Positions 35,540-45,467 are shown, counted from the stretch's first letter. The stretch: 64,000 bases of DNA from Thermoplasmata archaeon (GCA_021827945.1 JAKATW010000076.1:7395-71394); one strand, 5' to 3'. Notes: generated by a model not told the origin, from the letters alone. Numbers and translations: made by a program.

Positions 35540-37252
35540 TTGGCAACATCAACGACAACTTTAGGCGGAACTATTGAAAAAACAGCTGAGAAGTCAGACG
35601 TCAAGCTTAGAAGAAAACTCGGAACAATCGACCTCCTCTATCTGAGCCTGGGCGGAATAATTGGATCAGGCTGGCTTTATGCTGCATATGGTGCCGCCTC
35701 TATTGCTGGACCAGCGGCCATCCTCTCTTGGATTATCGGCGGAATTATAATCATATTTGTCGCCCTCAACTACGCAGAACTGGGTGGTATGCTTCCAAGG
35801 TCTGGTGCCATTGTAAGATACGGACAATACTCTCACGGCCAGCTCGCTGGATATATGTTTGGATGGGCCTATTTCCTATCGGCAGTGTCTGTTCCTTCGA
35901 TTGAAGCTCTCGCCGTCATAGGATATGCAAGCAGCTACTATACGGTACTCTACAATGCAAATACCCCTTCAACTCTTTCAACCACTGGTCTGTTCTTTGC
36001 GGGCCTACTAATGGTAGGATTCTTCTTCCTGAATTGGGCCGGAATCAAATTGATGGGTAAGATCAATACAGGAATGACCTGGTGGAAACTAATAATTCCG
36101 TTCGCGACAGTTTTTGCATTGTTTGCAGCCGGTTTTCACGGAGCAAACCTAGACACATCTTATCAGGGATCTAATGGATTCATGCCATTCGGTTTTGGTC
36201 CAGTTCTCCAGGCAGTAGCAGTGTCTGGAATAGTTTTCTCCTATCTTGGATTCAGACAAGCACTTGACTATGGAGGAGAGGCAAGAAATCCACAGAAATC
36301 TATTCCTACCGCAACGATTCTCTCCGTGGTAATAGGAATGGTGCTCTATACTCTTCTGCAGATGGCATTCGTAACAAGCTTGAATTTCTCAAAACTAGGA
36401 CTGGCTCCGGGGAACTGGGCAGGGCTTCAGGCAAACGCTGCGGGTAATTTTCTCAACAATGCAATAACCACCCTTCACGCTGCCCCCTTCGCTAATTTGG
36501 CACTAGGCGCAGGATTAGTATTCTTAACATATACGCTGTTCGCGGACGCTTATGTCTCTCCTGGAGGGACTCTTAACGTTTACCTGGGAACATCCCAGAG
36601 AACACTGTATGGTATAGGGACGCAGGGTTTCCTTCCAAAAGCATTCATCAAAGTGAATGAAAAGACGAGAATCCCGTTCGTCGCACTTGTCACATCACTG
36701 GTCGTGGGCCTGGTGTTTCTGGCTCCATTCCCAAGCTGGTATAAACTAGTAGGCTTTATTTCTTCGGCCACGGTATTCACGTACATAGTCGGTGGACCAG
36801 CACTAAGAGTATTCAGGAAGCACGCACCTGATCTTAAGAGGCCATTCAAGCTACCGGCATCCGTAATATTCTCGCCACTGGCCTTTATTGGAGCTTCGCT
36901 GATTGTTTTCTGGAGTGGATGGCCCCTAGACGGTTATCTGGGAATTGCAATTTTTGCGGGACTCCTATTGTTCGCGGTACTGAAACTTGCACATGCAATA
37001 CCTAACACTTTCAATGCACAATCCATTAAAGCAGGATGGTGGGTTCCAGTCTATACAATAGTGCTGATATTCATTTCTTACATAGGTGACACGGGGCTAG
37101 GAGGAAGAGGCATCATTCCATTCCCCTGGGATGATGTAGTCGTGGTAATCATAGGCTTGGTGTTCTACTTCATTGCGGTGCATTCTGGTATTAAGTCGGA
37201 CGAAATAGCTGAAATAACAGGCAGTGGAACGCAGTATCTTTCGGAGGAGTAA
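35540..37252 (+). CDS. APC-superfamily amino acid/polyamine permease
   Basis: 570 aa. The TTG start is preceded by GAGGTG. About 12-14 TMs. 'GSGWLYA' and 'NYAELGGMLPRSGA' are APC-like. Confidence 0.8.
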   Translation: MATSTTTLGGTIEKTAEKSDVKLRRKLGTIDLLYLSLGGIIGSGWLYAAYGAASIAGPAAILSWIIGGIIIIFVALNYAELGGMLPRSGAIVRYGQYSHGQLAGYMFGWAYFLSAVSVPSIEALAVIGYASSYYTVLYNANTPSTLSTTGLFFAGLLMVGFFFLNWAGIKLMGKINTGMTWWKLIIPFATVFALFAAGFHGANLDTSYQGSNGFMPFGFGPVLQAVAVSGIVFSYLGFRQALDYGGEARNPQKSIPTATILSVVIGMVLYTLLQMAFVTSLNFSKLGLAPGNWAGLQANAAGNFLNNAITTLHAAPFANLALGAGLVFLTYTLFADAYVSPGGTLNVYLGTSQRTLYGIGTQGFLPKAFIKVNEKTRIPFVALVTSLVVGLVFLAPFPSWYKLVGFISSATVFTYIVGGPALRVFRKHAPDLKRPFKLPASVIFSPLAFIGASLIVFWSGWPLDGYLGIAIFAGLLLFAVLKLAHAIPNTFNAQSIKAGWWVPVYTIVLIFISYIGDTGLGGRGIIPFPWDDVVVVIIGLVFYFIAVHSGIKSDEIAEITGSGTQYLSEE

Positions 37253-37270
37253 TCGGACTGGTGATAGAAA

Positions 37271-37459
37271 ATGAAAGGTGTAGGTTACCTAATTGGTGGA
37301 GTCATCGGGGCAATCATCTGCGTGATAGGTCTTATACTGACAGCGATAACGCATCTCGATCCATCCGGAAACGTATACGCGTACGGCATAGTCTATGCAT
37401 TGTTGATGGCAGTAGGATTCGTAGTTGCAGTATCTCTCTTTGACATGAGAAGAGCTTAA
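37271..37459 (+). CDS. Small two-TM membrane protein
   Basis: 62 aa: 'MKGVGYLIGGVIGAIICVIGLILTAI...YGIVYALLMAVGFVVAVSLF'. It lies 19 nt after the permease stop. GGTGAT, an SD-like sequence, sits 5 nt upstream of the ATG. Confidence 0.5.
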   Translation: MKGVGYLIGGVIGAIICVIGLILTAITHLDPSGNVYAYGIVYALLMAVGFVVAVSLFDMRRA

Positions 37460-37484
37460 TCCCGCTCACAAATTGTTTCTATTA

Positions 37485-37491
37485 TTTTTTT
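37485..37491 (+). terminator. Oligo-T terminator
   Basis: A T7 run lies about 25 nt after the stop at 37459. Confidence 0.4.
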
Positions 37492-37652
37492 CTATTTAAT
37501 TTTCCCATGATTTTTGCTTAAAGAGCTTGTCACCTTCAAACGCATTTCTAGTGCATGTGCATAGGTCAGGAGAATACCTTCCATATGGGAGATGATATGA
37601 TAAAACTAAATGCATCTACGTTTGGACAAAGCAAAATATCTGTGTTGCATGT

Positions 37653-38474
37653 TTGATGAACATGTTACTAGCATTTGTAGGCAAAGGCGGAGTTGGAAAA
37701 ACTACCATAGCTTCAGCTGTTGCCTTGAGCCTATCGAAGGAGGGAAGGACAGCACTTGTCTCCAGCGATTTTATGCCCTCGCTGAAATATCTGTTTCAAG
37801 GTGTATACAAAAATCTGGATGTAGTAGAAATGCAAGAGCGTGAGGTCGTTGAAAAGTGGAAATTGCGATATGGAAGCGAGGTTGTGGCAGTTCTAAGCAA
37901 CATCTTTGAAGTCGAGGACTGGATTCTAGACCACATTGCCAGTAGTCCAGGTGTAGCGGAAGAATTCCTGATATCAAACATTATTGAAATGGACTTGTCA
38001 CACGAATATGACTACGTTGTCTGGGACACTGCTGCATCGTCTTCAACAATGCACCTAATTCTTCTTCAAAGGGAATTTTACGACCACCTGAGCAGGGACG
38101 TTAAAATCTACCTGAAGCTCAGGGATGTTGTCCATTCAGATAAAATCCTGGACCTCCTCGGGCAATGGGAGGAACTGGCTCAGAAGGTTTGGAACAAAAT
38201 GCTTTCTACGAAATTTTATGTGGTAACAACTGCAGATGAGTTGAGCGTTGTCCAAGCTGCTGAAATAACAGAGGATCTGGGCAACATGGGAATCAAAGTG
38301 AGGGGTAAAATTTGCAATAGAAGTACTGGGAAGTGCGACAACGATGCCATATTAAGCATTCCAGAGATGACTGGATCTTCAGTTGAGATCGTCAATGAAA
38401 TTTCAAAGGGACTGAATAAAAATCGTGAGTTACTATCACTTCTTAGGTCAGGAGCAGACCAAAAAGTTTTGTAA
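37653..38474 (+). CDS. ArsA/Get3-like SIMIBI-class P-loop ATPase (divergent)
   Basis: 273 aa. The deviant Walker A is 'GKGGVGKTT'. 'LVSSDFMPSL' parallels the ArsA 'STDPAHSL'. 'WDTAASSSTMHL' replaces the 'DTAPTGHT' signature. Confidence 0.65.
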   Translation: MMNMLLAFVGKGGVGKTTIASAVALSLSKEGRTALVSSDFMPSLKYLFQGVYKNLDVVEMQEREVVEKWKLRYGSEVVAVLSNIFEVEDWILDHIASSPGVAEEFLISNIIEMDLSHEYDYVVWDTAASSSTMHLILLQREFYDHLSRDVKIYLKLRDVVHSDKILDLLGQWEELAQKVWNKMLSTKFYVVTTADELSVVQAAEITEDLGNMGIKVRGKICNRSTGKCDNDAILSIPEMTGSSVEIVNEISKGLNKNRELLSLLRSGADQKVL

Positions 38475-38502
38475 GAAAAATATGTTCATTGGATGATTCT
38501 CC

Positions 38503-38940
38503 ATGATTGACATAAGTGAGAAAGAGGTCGTCAGACGAGAGGCAGTCGCAGAGGGATTGATTGAGCTCAAGAAGACTACTATCTCTGCAATATTAAAAGG
38601 AAAGATAAAGAAAGGGGACGTGAGAGAAGCATCCAGGATTGCGGGTGTGCTAGGTGCAAAGATGACTCCACAATTGATCCCCCACTGTCATTCTGTTCCT
38701 CTAGAATCTGTCCAGACCAATTTCGAGGTCGAAGGCAGCAAGGGAATCAGAGTGACCTGTTCAGTCAAGGCGAGTTACAGAACGGGAGTAGAGATGGAAG
38801 CTCTGTCGTGCGTCACATCTATGTTACTGACGATCTGGGATATGACGAAATATTTAGAGAAGGACGAGAAAGGCCAGTATCCGTCAACTGCAATTTCAAA
38901 TATTAGAGTCATTATCAAGAAGAAAGGCAAGGTTGACTAG
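38503..38940 (+). CDS. moaC: Cyclic pyranopterin monophosphate synthase MoaC
   Basis: 145 aa. Contains 'KGDVREASRIAGVLGAKMTPQLIPHCHSVPL'. Confidence 0.9.
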   Translation: MIDISEKEVVRREAVAEGLIELKKTTISAILKGKIKKGDVREASRIAGVLGAKMTPQLIPHCHSVPLESVQTNFEVEGSKGIRVTCSVKASYRTGVEMEALSCVTSMLLTIWDMTKYLEKDEKGQYPSTAISNIRVIIKKKGKVD

Positions 38941-39415
38941 CATGGTTCACAAAGATGATCCAGACCAGCGATTCAAGATTCTTGTAGTCACGGTGTCGAC
39001 AACGCGTACGGAAGAGACAGACATGTCTGGAGAAGCTCTGAAGAGCCAACTTTCGAAAGGCTCTCACACTGTAGATAGAATAGTATGTAAGGACGACAAA
39101 AAGGAGATCATCGATGCATTTGAGTCGAATCAAGATTATGACATCTTTGTCTTTGTTGGAGGAACTGGACCAAGTCGCAGGGATGTGACAGTCCAGAGCT
39201 TACGTAAAATTTCTGAAAAGGAGATGGTGGGGTTTGGAGAGATGTTCAGGGCTGAGTCACGAGAGAGACTTGCTTATCTTTCAAATTCCACACTATTTAT
39301 AAGGAGCAGGAAGCAGATATACTGCATACCTGGTTCTCCTGACGCGACAGGGATTGCGGCTTCAATAATCAGCTCTATAATGGGCCATTTATTTCATGAA
39401 CTGAACAAGGAATAG
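38933..39415 (+). CDS. moaB: Molybdopterin adenylyltransferase MoaB/Mog
   Basis: 160 aa. Contains 'FKILVVTVSTTR' and 'VFVGGTGPSRRDVT'. It overlaps moaC by 8 nt. Confidence 0.85.
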   Translation: MTSMVHKDDPDQRFKILVVTVSTTRTEETDMSGEALKSQLSKGSHTVDRIVCKDDKKEIIDAFESNQDYDIFVFVGGTGPSRRDVTVQSLRKISEKEMVGFGEMFRAESRERLAYLSNSTLFIRSRKQIYCIPGSPDATGIAASIISSIMGHLFHELNKE

Positions 39416-39437
39416 TACTGCCCATTGTAATTCGGAA

Positions 39438-41342
39438 TCAAGATATGAATTCTCCAATATTTTCCGGGAATTTGTACCCGGGAAAGTCCCTTGCATACTT
39501 AGACGATGCCCGCAATCTTGACAGGAATCTCTTCCCCACATTGGAATTGTAGAATTCCCTTTGAATCAAGATATCATAGTTTTCATCCCTTATCTTGTGG
39601 AACTTCAGGTGCAGTATTTTGGCGTAGAATTCTATTGATATTCCTACATCCCCTCTTCCCTGCTGGACTGCCTTGGCAACGGCAGCGTGGCTCTTGGCTT
39701 CCCAAAAATAACCTCTTATCTTATCCTTCTTGAAGTTTTGACCAAGCTCTTTCTCTATCGCCTCATCTATAAGGTCCCTTGTACCAGACCCCTTGTTCCT
39801 GTTTATGAATATCAAATTCTTCCCGACGATCTCTGAGAACCTGGAAACATCAAGTTTTGATACGAATCCCTGGGTTCTCGAAAAGCCTCGAACAATCAAA
39901 TAATCACTTTTATCGTCCTCTCGAATAAGAAATGAGTTGTATTCCCCCTCTCTTAATAGGTGTACTCCACTCACGTCAGCTTCTCCGAGCTTAATCGCCT
40001 CAACTCCCCCCCAGGAACCGGCATTTATAACTACAGGTGACTCTGAAGCCTCGAAGATTATTCTCTCAATCAAGGGATCGTTAGAGCCGATGAATAAGAG
40101 GTCTCTCTTTCTATTCATCAGAGGAAAGAAAGGGACTTTTTCGTCCCTTTCATAGTAGTTCTTCTTGTTTTTGATTACTAGGAATCCATCGGCATATGCT
40201 AGCCTGCTGATCGACCCAGAATCCCCAAATATGGGGTATGCCCTCCCACTCCTACCGATTATTGCTGGTAGCACGAGATCTTTCCCTTTTTCTGAGTTAA
40301 TTCTGAATGGAAGGGAAGCAAAAGTCTCAACTTCTTCGACCAGTCCGTACGCATTTAGTATCGCGGGAATGACAATGTACCTCAACACGGACCCAGCAGA
40401 TAGAGGAAATCCAGGCATACCTACAAAGAGGCTTTCTCCAAAAGATGCCAAGAATGTAGGCTTCCCTGGTTTTATCGAGATGCCATGGAAAATCATCTCT
40501 CCCCCGAGGTCTTCGATTACCTGGTATAGAAGATCGTGGAATCCAGCAGAAGTTGAGCCTGAAGAAATCAGAGCTTCATATCTATTCATGTTCCCTTCAA
40601 TGAATGCTTTCATTGACTTCTTGTCATCTTTCAACCTGCCAAGGATTGAGCATTCTATGATTCCAGTCCCCTCCAATGCCGACTTGAAGTAGTAAGAGTT
40701 GCTATCATAAATGGATCCGAGCCTGATTTCATCGCCAGGCATCAGGAGCTCGTTTCCTGTTGAGATGATTCCAACTCTCAGTTTCTCCAATACCCGGATT
40801 TTACCAATTCCGGAAGAAGCAAGAAGAGCTATCCCTTCCGGCGTCACAGTTTTTCCCTTTCTGATAAGCGGTTCGCCCACAAAGAAGTCTGAACCTGCAT
40901 GAGCTATGTTCTCTCCTGCAGAAATGGACCTGAATACCTTGACCCTGCTCTTAGTCCTGGTCGTATATTCAACCATAACTACTGAATCTGCACCACGGGG
41001 GATAATGGACCCAGTAGATATGTAGGCGGTAGTCCCCTTCCCGATCTCAATCTCTGGAGCTTTACCAACCTCTACCTCTCCGATGAGTCTGAGCTCTCTT
41101 GGAGTATCCTCTTCAGCACCAGTAATCGATTCATGATTAATTGCGTACCCATCTACTTCCGCTCTGTCAAACGGCGGAATGTCTTCGGTTGAATACACGT
41201 CTTCAACAGGAATCATTCCTGAGACTTTCTGTATCTCTCTCAACTTTGTCTTGATGAGTTTACTCACTTTATATGACAGGACTTTTCTTGCTTGATCAGG
41301 GGTCATCAGCTGGTGAAATATCTTAGCGCCCAATGTTACCAC
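39438..41342 (-). CDS. moeA: Molybdopterin molybdenum/tungsten transferase MoeA fused to a C-terminal periplasmic-binding-protein-like (PBP_like) domain
   Basis: 634 aa. The MoeA core contains 'VDGYAI', 'GDEIRLGSIYDSN' and 'SGSTSAG'. The C-terminal ~230 aa ('LLFIGSNDPL...GSGTRDLIDE') resemble the PBP-like domain. Confidence 0.85.
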   Translation of the reverse strand: MVTLGAKIFHQLMTPDQARKVLSYKVSKLIKTKLREIQKVSGMIPVEDVYSTEDIPPFDRAEVDGYAINHESITGAEEDTPRELRLIGEVEVGKAPEIEIGKGTTAYISTGSIIPRGADSVVMVEYTTRTKSRVKVFRSISAGENIAHAGSDFFVGEPLIRKGKTVTPEGIALLASSGIGKIRVLEKLRVGIISTGNELLMPGDEIRLGSIYDSNSYYFKSALEGTGIIECSILGRLKDDKKSMKAFIEGNMNRYEALISSGSTSAGFHDLLYQVIEDLGGEMIFHGISIKPGKPTFLASFGESLFVGMPGFPLSAGSVLRYIVIPAILNAYGLVEEVETFASLPFRINSEKGKDLVLPAIIGRSGRAYPIFGDSGSISRLAYADGFLVIKNKKNYYERDEKVPFFPLMNRKRDLLFIGSNDPLIERIIFEASESPVVINAGSWGGVEAIKLGEADVSGVHLLREGEYNSFLIREDDKSDYLIVRGFSRTQGFVSKLDVSRFSEIVGKNLIFINRNKGSGTRDLIDEAIEKELGQNFKKDKIRGYFWEAKSHAAVAKAVQQGRGDVGISIEFYAKILHLKFHKIRDENYDILIQREFYNSNVGKRFLSRLRASSKYARDFPGYKFPENIGEFIS

Positions 41343-42529
41343 CTCAACATCTCTACTCTGACTGTCTGTCCCTCCTCCAGCCCCTCGGAGTTCTCATCTA
41401 TTGTCAAAATCCCGTCTGCATCAATAACCGAATAAATAACTCCAGATCCCGTAGTCCTTGTTGGAACCACCTTTCTGCTACCATGTTCCTCAATCACTTT
41501 TACTCTGACAAAACTTCTGAAACCGAGGGTGTTTACAACGCTTCGCTGAAGGACTCCTTCCACATACTCCTTCCTTTCCGGTATAAGGTTGAACCAGCTT
41601 TCGATCATTCTGAGGATCACGTTTTCCGAGGCTATGAGGGCAGCAACCGGGAGGCCAGATATCATGAATATTGGTTTTCCGTTGAACCAACCAAAGGACG
41701 TCGTCCGACCAGGGCGAATTCTCAGGCCCCTGAAAACAAATTTCCCATTCTCCTCGATTATGTATGGGAGAAAATCCCTATCTCCCGGACCGGTTCCACC
41801 GGTGACGATGATCACGTCTTCGTTGATTTCTGTCAGTCTTCTCTCGATTTTCTCCTCATCATCCTCCACAGATCCATACTCTTTCGCGTAGAATCCCTTC
41901 CTATCGAAGTAAGCCTTCAACAGAGGCTGAGTTGAGTTTATGACCTGTCTCGATATCAGCTCATCGCCAGTCGAAAGAATTCCGATGGATAGAGAGCAAA
42001 TACTGACGCTTTTCTTTCCACACTCGGAGAGAGCTGCAACGTGGGGTGGAGTGATAAGCTGTCCTTTCTTTAATATCCTTAGACCCTTCTTCATGTCTTC
42101 TCCCCTGCGACTGATGTTCTGGAATTTTCTTACTGGCGAAAAGACCTTGAGAATTTTTCCTTCTGCCTGAGTTTCTTCGAACATCACTACAGAATCAGTC
42201 CCTCCAGGAATAGTCGCTCCGGTCATCACCTTAACTGCCTGACCCTTCTTGACAGATATGGAACTTTTAGACGACGGATAAAGTTCGCCTACAATCGAGA
42301 AGACTGAGGGATTACTTCTGCTGGATGAAATGGAATCCTTGGAGCTTATCGCGTATCCATCCATTGCGCTCCTATCGGTCTTCGGAAAGTCGGATGGAGA
42401 TATCACTTCTTGCATCGAATACCTTCCAACTCCTTCAATAAGGGGGAACTTCTTATGAACAATTTTCGGGCAATAAGTCCTCCCTTTCCTTATTGCTTCG
42501 TCGACTGTGATAAACGACCTCAGTTCCAT
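41336..42529 (-). CDS. moeA: Molybdopterin molybdenum/tungsten transferase MoeA (second paralog)
   Basis: 397 aa. Contains 'RSAMDGYAI' and 'IVTGGTGPGDRDF'. It overlaps the downstream moeA by 7 nt. Confidence 0.9.
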   Translation of the reverse strand: MELRSFITVDEAIRKGRTYCPKIVHKKFPLIEGVGRYSMQEVISPSDFPKTDRSAMDGYAISSKDSISSSRSNPSVFSIVGELYPSSKSSISVKKGQAVKVMTGATIPGGTDSVVMFEETQAEGKILKVFSPVRKFQNISRRGEDMKKGLRILKKGQLITPPHVAALSECGKKSVSICSLSIGILSTGDELISRQVINSTQPLLKAYFDRKGFYAKEYGSVEDDEEKIERRLTEINEDVIIVTGGTGPGDRDFLPYIIEENGKFVFRGLRIRPGRTTSFGWFNGKPIFMISGLPVAALIASENVILRMIESWFNLIPERKEYVEGVLQRSVVNTLGFRSFVRVKVIEEHGSRKVVPTRTTGSGVIYSVIDADGILTIDENSEGLEEGQTVRVEMLRW

Positions 42530-42562
42530 ATTTAAAAATTGACTTCTGTTCTAAAACATTTA

Positions 42563-43456
42563 CTAATATTCCATCTCCCTTGCATTCGATGTATTGAGCT
42601 TCACAAATCTTCCTTGAGGGGTGCTGTTTATAGATGCAAAAAAGTAGGTACCGTTGAGATTGAATCTGATGTACCTGTTACGGTCGAGGCCAACTATGTC
42701 GTACTCGCTTCCTGAAATATCGTTGAACTCGAGGGCCGTCTCCGTCAGTGCAAAGTAATGCCCTTCTACCGATGCCAGATTCTTGTAATCTAACAACGAA
42801 AGTGTACGGAAGTGTTCAATCTTAGAGAGAGAGTCGACGCTCTCGATTATCCTTCCATCGTCTATTGATACGAGGTTCGAAAATCCGGTCTCAAGGTCTC
42901 TGGAGTCGTGCGTTGCATATATATAGTCAAAGCCATATTTCCTTGAGAACTCGTCAATTAGGCTTATAAGACCAAGTCTAGCTATTTCATCCTGAAATGA
43001 GAAGGGTTCGTCCATCAACAGGATAGATGGTCTAGATATTATGGCCCTGGCAATTGCAGCCTTCTGTGCCTGTCCCAACGAAATATCGCTTGATTTCTTT
43101 AAGAGAAGAGGGGTCAGTCCCATCCTCTCAACTAGTTGCTCATATATCTCAATGTCTCCATTCCCGTACTTTATCGGTGTCATAAGGTTATTCTCGACTG
43201 ACATTCTTCCGAAAAGGAGGAGATCTTGTGGGATGTATCCCACGTTCCGTCGCTCAGGTGCCTTACCGGTTTTATTGGTTCCGTTGACTTCGAAAATTCC
43301 TGAGCTTTCTAACAGTCCTGCTAGAGACTGAAGGAGAGTGGTCTTACCGGACCCGTTCTTTCCTATAATGAAATTCTTCCGCCCCTGGAGTATAAGTTCC
43401 GATATTTCTAGCCTGAATTCACTCCTCTGTACCACATAGTCCTTTAAATGGATCAT
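42563..43456 (-). CDS. Molybdate/tungstate ABC transporter ATP-binding protein
   Basis: 297 aa. Walker A 'GKNGSGKTT', signature 'ISLGQAQKAAIARA', Walker B 'LLMDEP', and a TOBE-like C-terminus. Confidence 0.85.
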   Translation of the reverse strand: MIHLKDYVVQRSEFRLEISELILQGRKNFIIGKNGSGKTTLLQSLAGLLESSGIFEVNGTNKTGKAPERRNVGYIPQDLLLFGRMSVENNLMTPIKYGNGDIEIYEQLVERMGLTPLLLKKSSDISLGQAQKAAIARAIISRPSILLMDEPFSFQDEIARLGLISLIDEFSRKYGFDYIYATHDSRDLETGFSNLVSIDDGRIIESVDSLSKIEHFRTLSLLDYKNLASVEGHYFALTETALEFNDISGSEYDIVGLDRNRYIRFNLNGTYFFASINSTPQGRFVKLNTSNAREMEY

Positions 43457-44244
43457 TTGTCACGCTCCAATAGCTTGACAAAGAGGAGTGCTAAGAGCCC
43501 GGTCAATATCAAGATAGACGATGAGGCCACGGCAGTCGGGAGACCCGCGGACAGAAACTGATAGTAGATCAAGACACCCGCAAGATGGATCCCACTCGGA
43601 AGAATTGAAAATGCAACGATGAGAAGACTCCCAACTTCCGAAACTGATCTAGCCCACGACAGTATGAGGCCCCTGAGCAACGCCTTGCTCATCATTGGAA
43701 TTCCAATGATAAAATAGCTGGTTATAGGAGTCATTCCAAGGGTTCGTCCAATGTTTTCATACTTCATCACATCCCTTGTATAGGATATCTGTACCGCTCT
43801 TATCGCATATGCCGAGGATAGGAAGAAGAGTGACAATATGACAGCAAGGAATGTATCAAGGAACTGGTACCCAGGGTATATCCTTGATATCAATTTACCG
43901 AGTGGCATCGTAGGTTCGAAGGTAATAAGCATCATTATTCCCACTACCGTGTGCGGAATCATGATCGGTAGTTCGACCAGACTGTCAAGGGATTTCAGTA
44001 CGATATGTCTGCTGCGGGACATGAAATAAACATATGGAATGGAAAACCCTATCGAAAGAAGCCCGACAAGGAGCGCAAGAAGATAGGTATATTCCAGACT
44101 TGGCAGTATTCCAGAAGTGCTCGCCTTGATGAGGTTGGCTACACTCTGAAAAGTCAGGGTCCTGAGTATAGGGGTGATGATAAATATGATATATACGGCA
44201 AAAAAAGGAAGGAAGAGATAATAAAGTGAGTTGACCTTCTTCAT
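43453..44244 (-). CDS. Molybdate/tungstate ABC transporter permease
   Basis: 263 aa with six TMs. The EAA-like loop is 'ENIGRTLGMTP'. It has 4-nt overlaps with both neighbours. Confidence 0.8.
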   Translation of the reverse strand: MKKVNSLYYLFLPFFAVYIIFIITPILRTLTFQSVANLIKASTSGILPSLEYTYLLALLVGLLSIGFSIPYVYFMSRSRHIVLKSLDSLVELPIMIPHTVVGIMMLITFEPTMPLGKLISRIYPGYQFLDTFLAVILSLFFLSSAYAIRAVQISYTRDVMKYENIGRTLGMTPITSYFIIGIPMMSKALLRGLILSWARSVSEVGSLLIVAFSILPSGIHLAGVLIYYQFLSAGLPTAVASSSILILTGLLALLFVKLLERDK

Positions 44245-45467
44245 ACTTCCTCATAGGAGGACGCTGGAATGTAGGAAGGTACCGGTTGTGAGATCCCGCT
44301 AATGAGAGATGGGGCTGCTGAGGTGGGAGCATAGAGGAACGGAGTACTGATTGGATCGAAATTAGACGAACTCAATAACGAGCTGCCTAGGTTACTCACT
44401 AGGTAGTAGATGAGTTGTTGAGAATATTGAGTGTTCCTTGAGGATTCAAGTATCGTTGCGGAGTATAGTATTGGACCCCCCGGAAAGTTACCTATGTTGC
44501 TATACCCGGGTCCTGCGGTCGTGACTGTTCCGTAGAAAGTGACATCTGCCTTACTGATGTTGCCCAGGTTGATCCATGAAGGGAGCCCATTTTCTCCACT
44601 TCCAGTCTTGTAATAGTACAGGTGTTGATTCACGGCCTGGGATTTGTAGGTCAGGGCATAATCCACCGATCCTGCTGTCAGATAACCGTCAAGTCCATAT
44701 TCCTCGGTCGTCGGAAGCAGGTTTCCGTGCTTGTAGGAGTAGTTAAACAGCTGATAATAGAGAGCAAGCGGATAGTTCAACGGGTATCCGTTACCCATGT
44801 TGTCTTTAACGAGTGTTCCGTTAGGACCGAACCAGTCGTTCCATGCTGTATTGTATCTGTTGTAGAGGGTAGAATTGTTGGACCATGCTTCTTGGACATA
44901 GTACCCTATTGTGTGACCACTGGTGCCAAGGGGCGTGTTGTTGAAGTATTGCGTGTAAAGTACCCCAGCCAATTTAACAGTCTCAATAGCCTGGAATCCA
45001 CTCGGATCCAGACTTGCATTGGAGACTCCCACCTTTATGTCAGGAGCGGTCAGATTTTCGAACCAATATGGGCCTGCAATCCTGTAACTGGTATTCAGCC
45101 AGGTAATTGCCATTTCATTTGATGCAAATATGACCATCCAGTTAGCTGTCTTATTTGCAAATAGATACTGAGGTATAACTCCAGCTGCAGCAGACACAAA
45201 CACGTCGAAAGGAGTGCCTGCATCTATCTCGCTTGCCCCAGAGACTGAACCCCCAAATGTTGGGACCACTTTTATTCCTGTGACATTCTCAAACTGAGGG
45301 TAGAACTGTGATCCCAGCACGAAAGTCAGCGAACCAGCCGCAAAAACCGTGATCGGTTGTGACTTGCTTTGAGGGGTACTATAAACGTAATGACCCACCG
45401 TCACTCCTGAAACGAATCCAATAACGACAAGTAGAACGAGAAGAATTCCAACAGATCTTTTAGACAT
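44241..45467 (-). CDS. Molybdate/tungstate ABC transporter substrate-binding protein, N-terminally TM-anchored
   Basis: 408 aa. The anchor is 'VGILLVLLVVIGFVSGV'. 'VFAAGSLTFVL...PTFGGSVSGA...DVFVSAA' is a ModA/WtpA-like pattern. At least 10 N-x-S/T sequons. Confidence 0.8.
   Translation of the reverse strand: MSKRSVGILLVLLVVIGFVSGVTVGHYVYSTPQSKSQPITVFAAGSLTFVLGSQFYPQFENVTGIKVVPTFGGSVSGASEIDAGTPFDVFVSAAAGVIPQYLFANKTANWMVIFASNEMAITWLNTSYRIAGPYWFENLTAPDIKVGVSNASLDPSGFQAIETVKLAGVLYTQYFNNTPLGTSGHTIGYYVQEAWSNNSTLYNRYNTAWNDWFGPNGTLVKDNMGNGYPLNYPLALYYQLFNYSYKHGNLLPTTEEYGLDGYLTAGSVDYALTYKSQAVNQHLYYYKTGSGENGLPSWINLGNISKADVTFYGTVTTAGPGYSNIGNFPGGPILYSATILESSRNTQYSQQLIYYLVSNLGSSLLSSSNFDPISTPFLYAPTSAAPSLISGISQPVPSYIPASSYEEV

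Noticed and set aside
37261-37443. 60-aa ORF overlapping the small membrane-protein ORF in another frame.
   Set aside because: It is Arg/Ser-rich, as out-of-frame translations tend to be. The alternative frame (37271-37459) gives a coherent two-TM protein with an SD-like GGTGAT.
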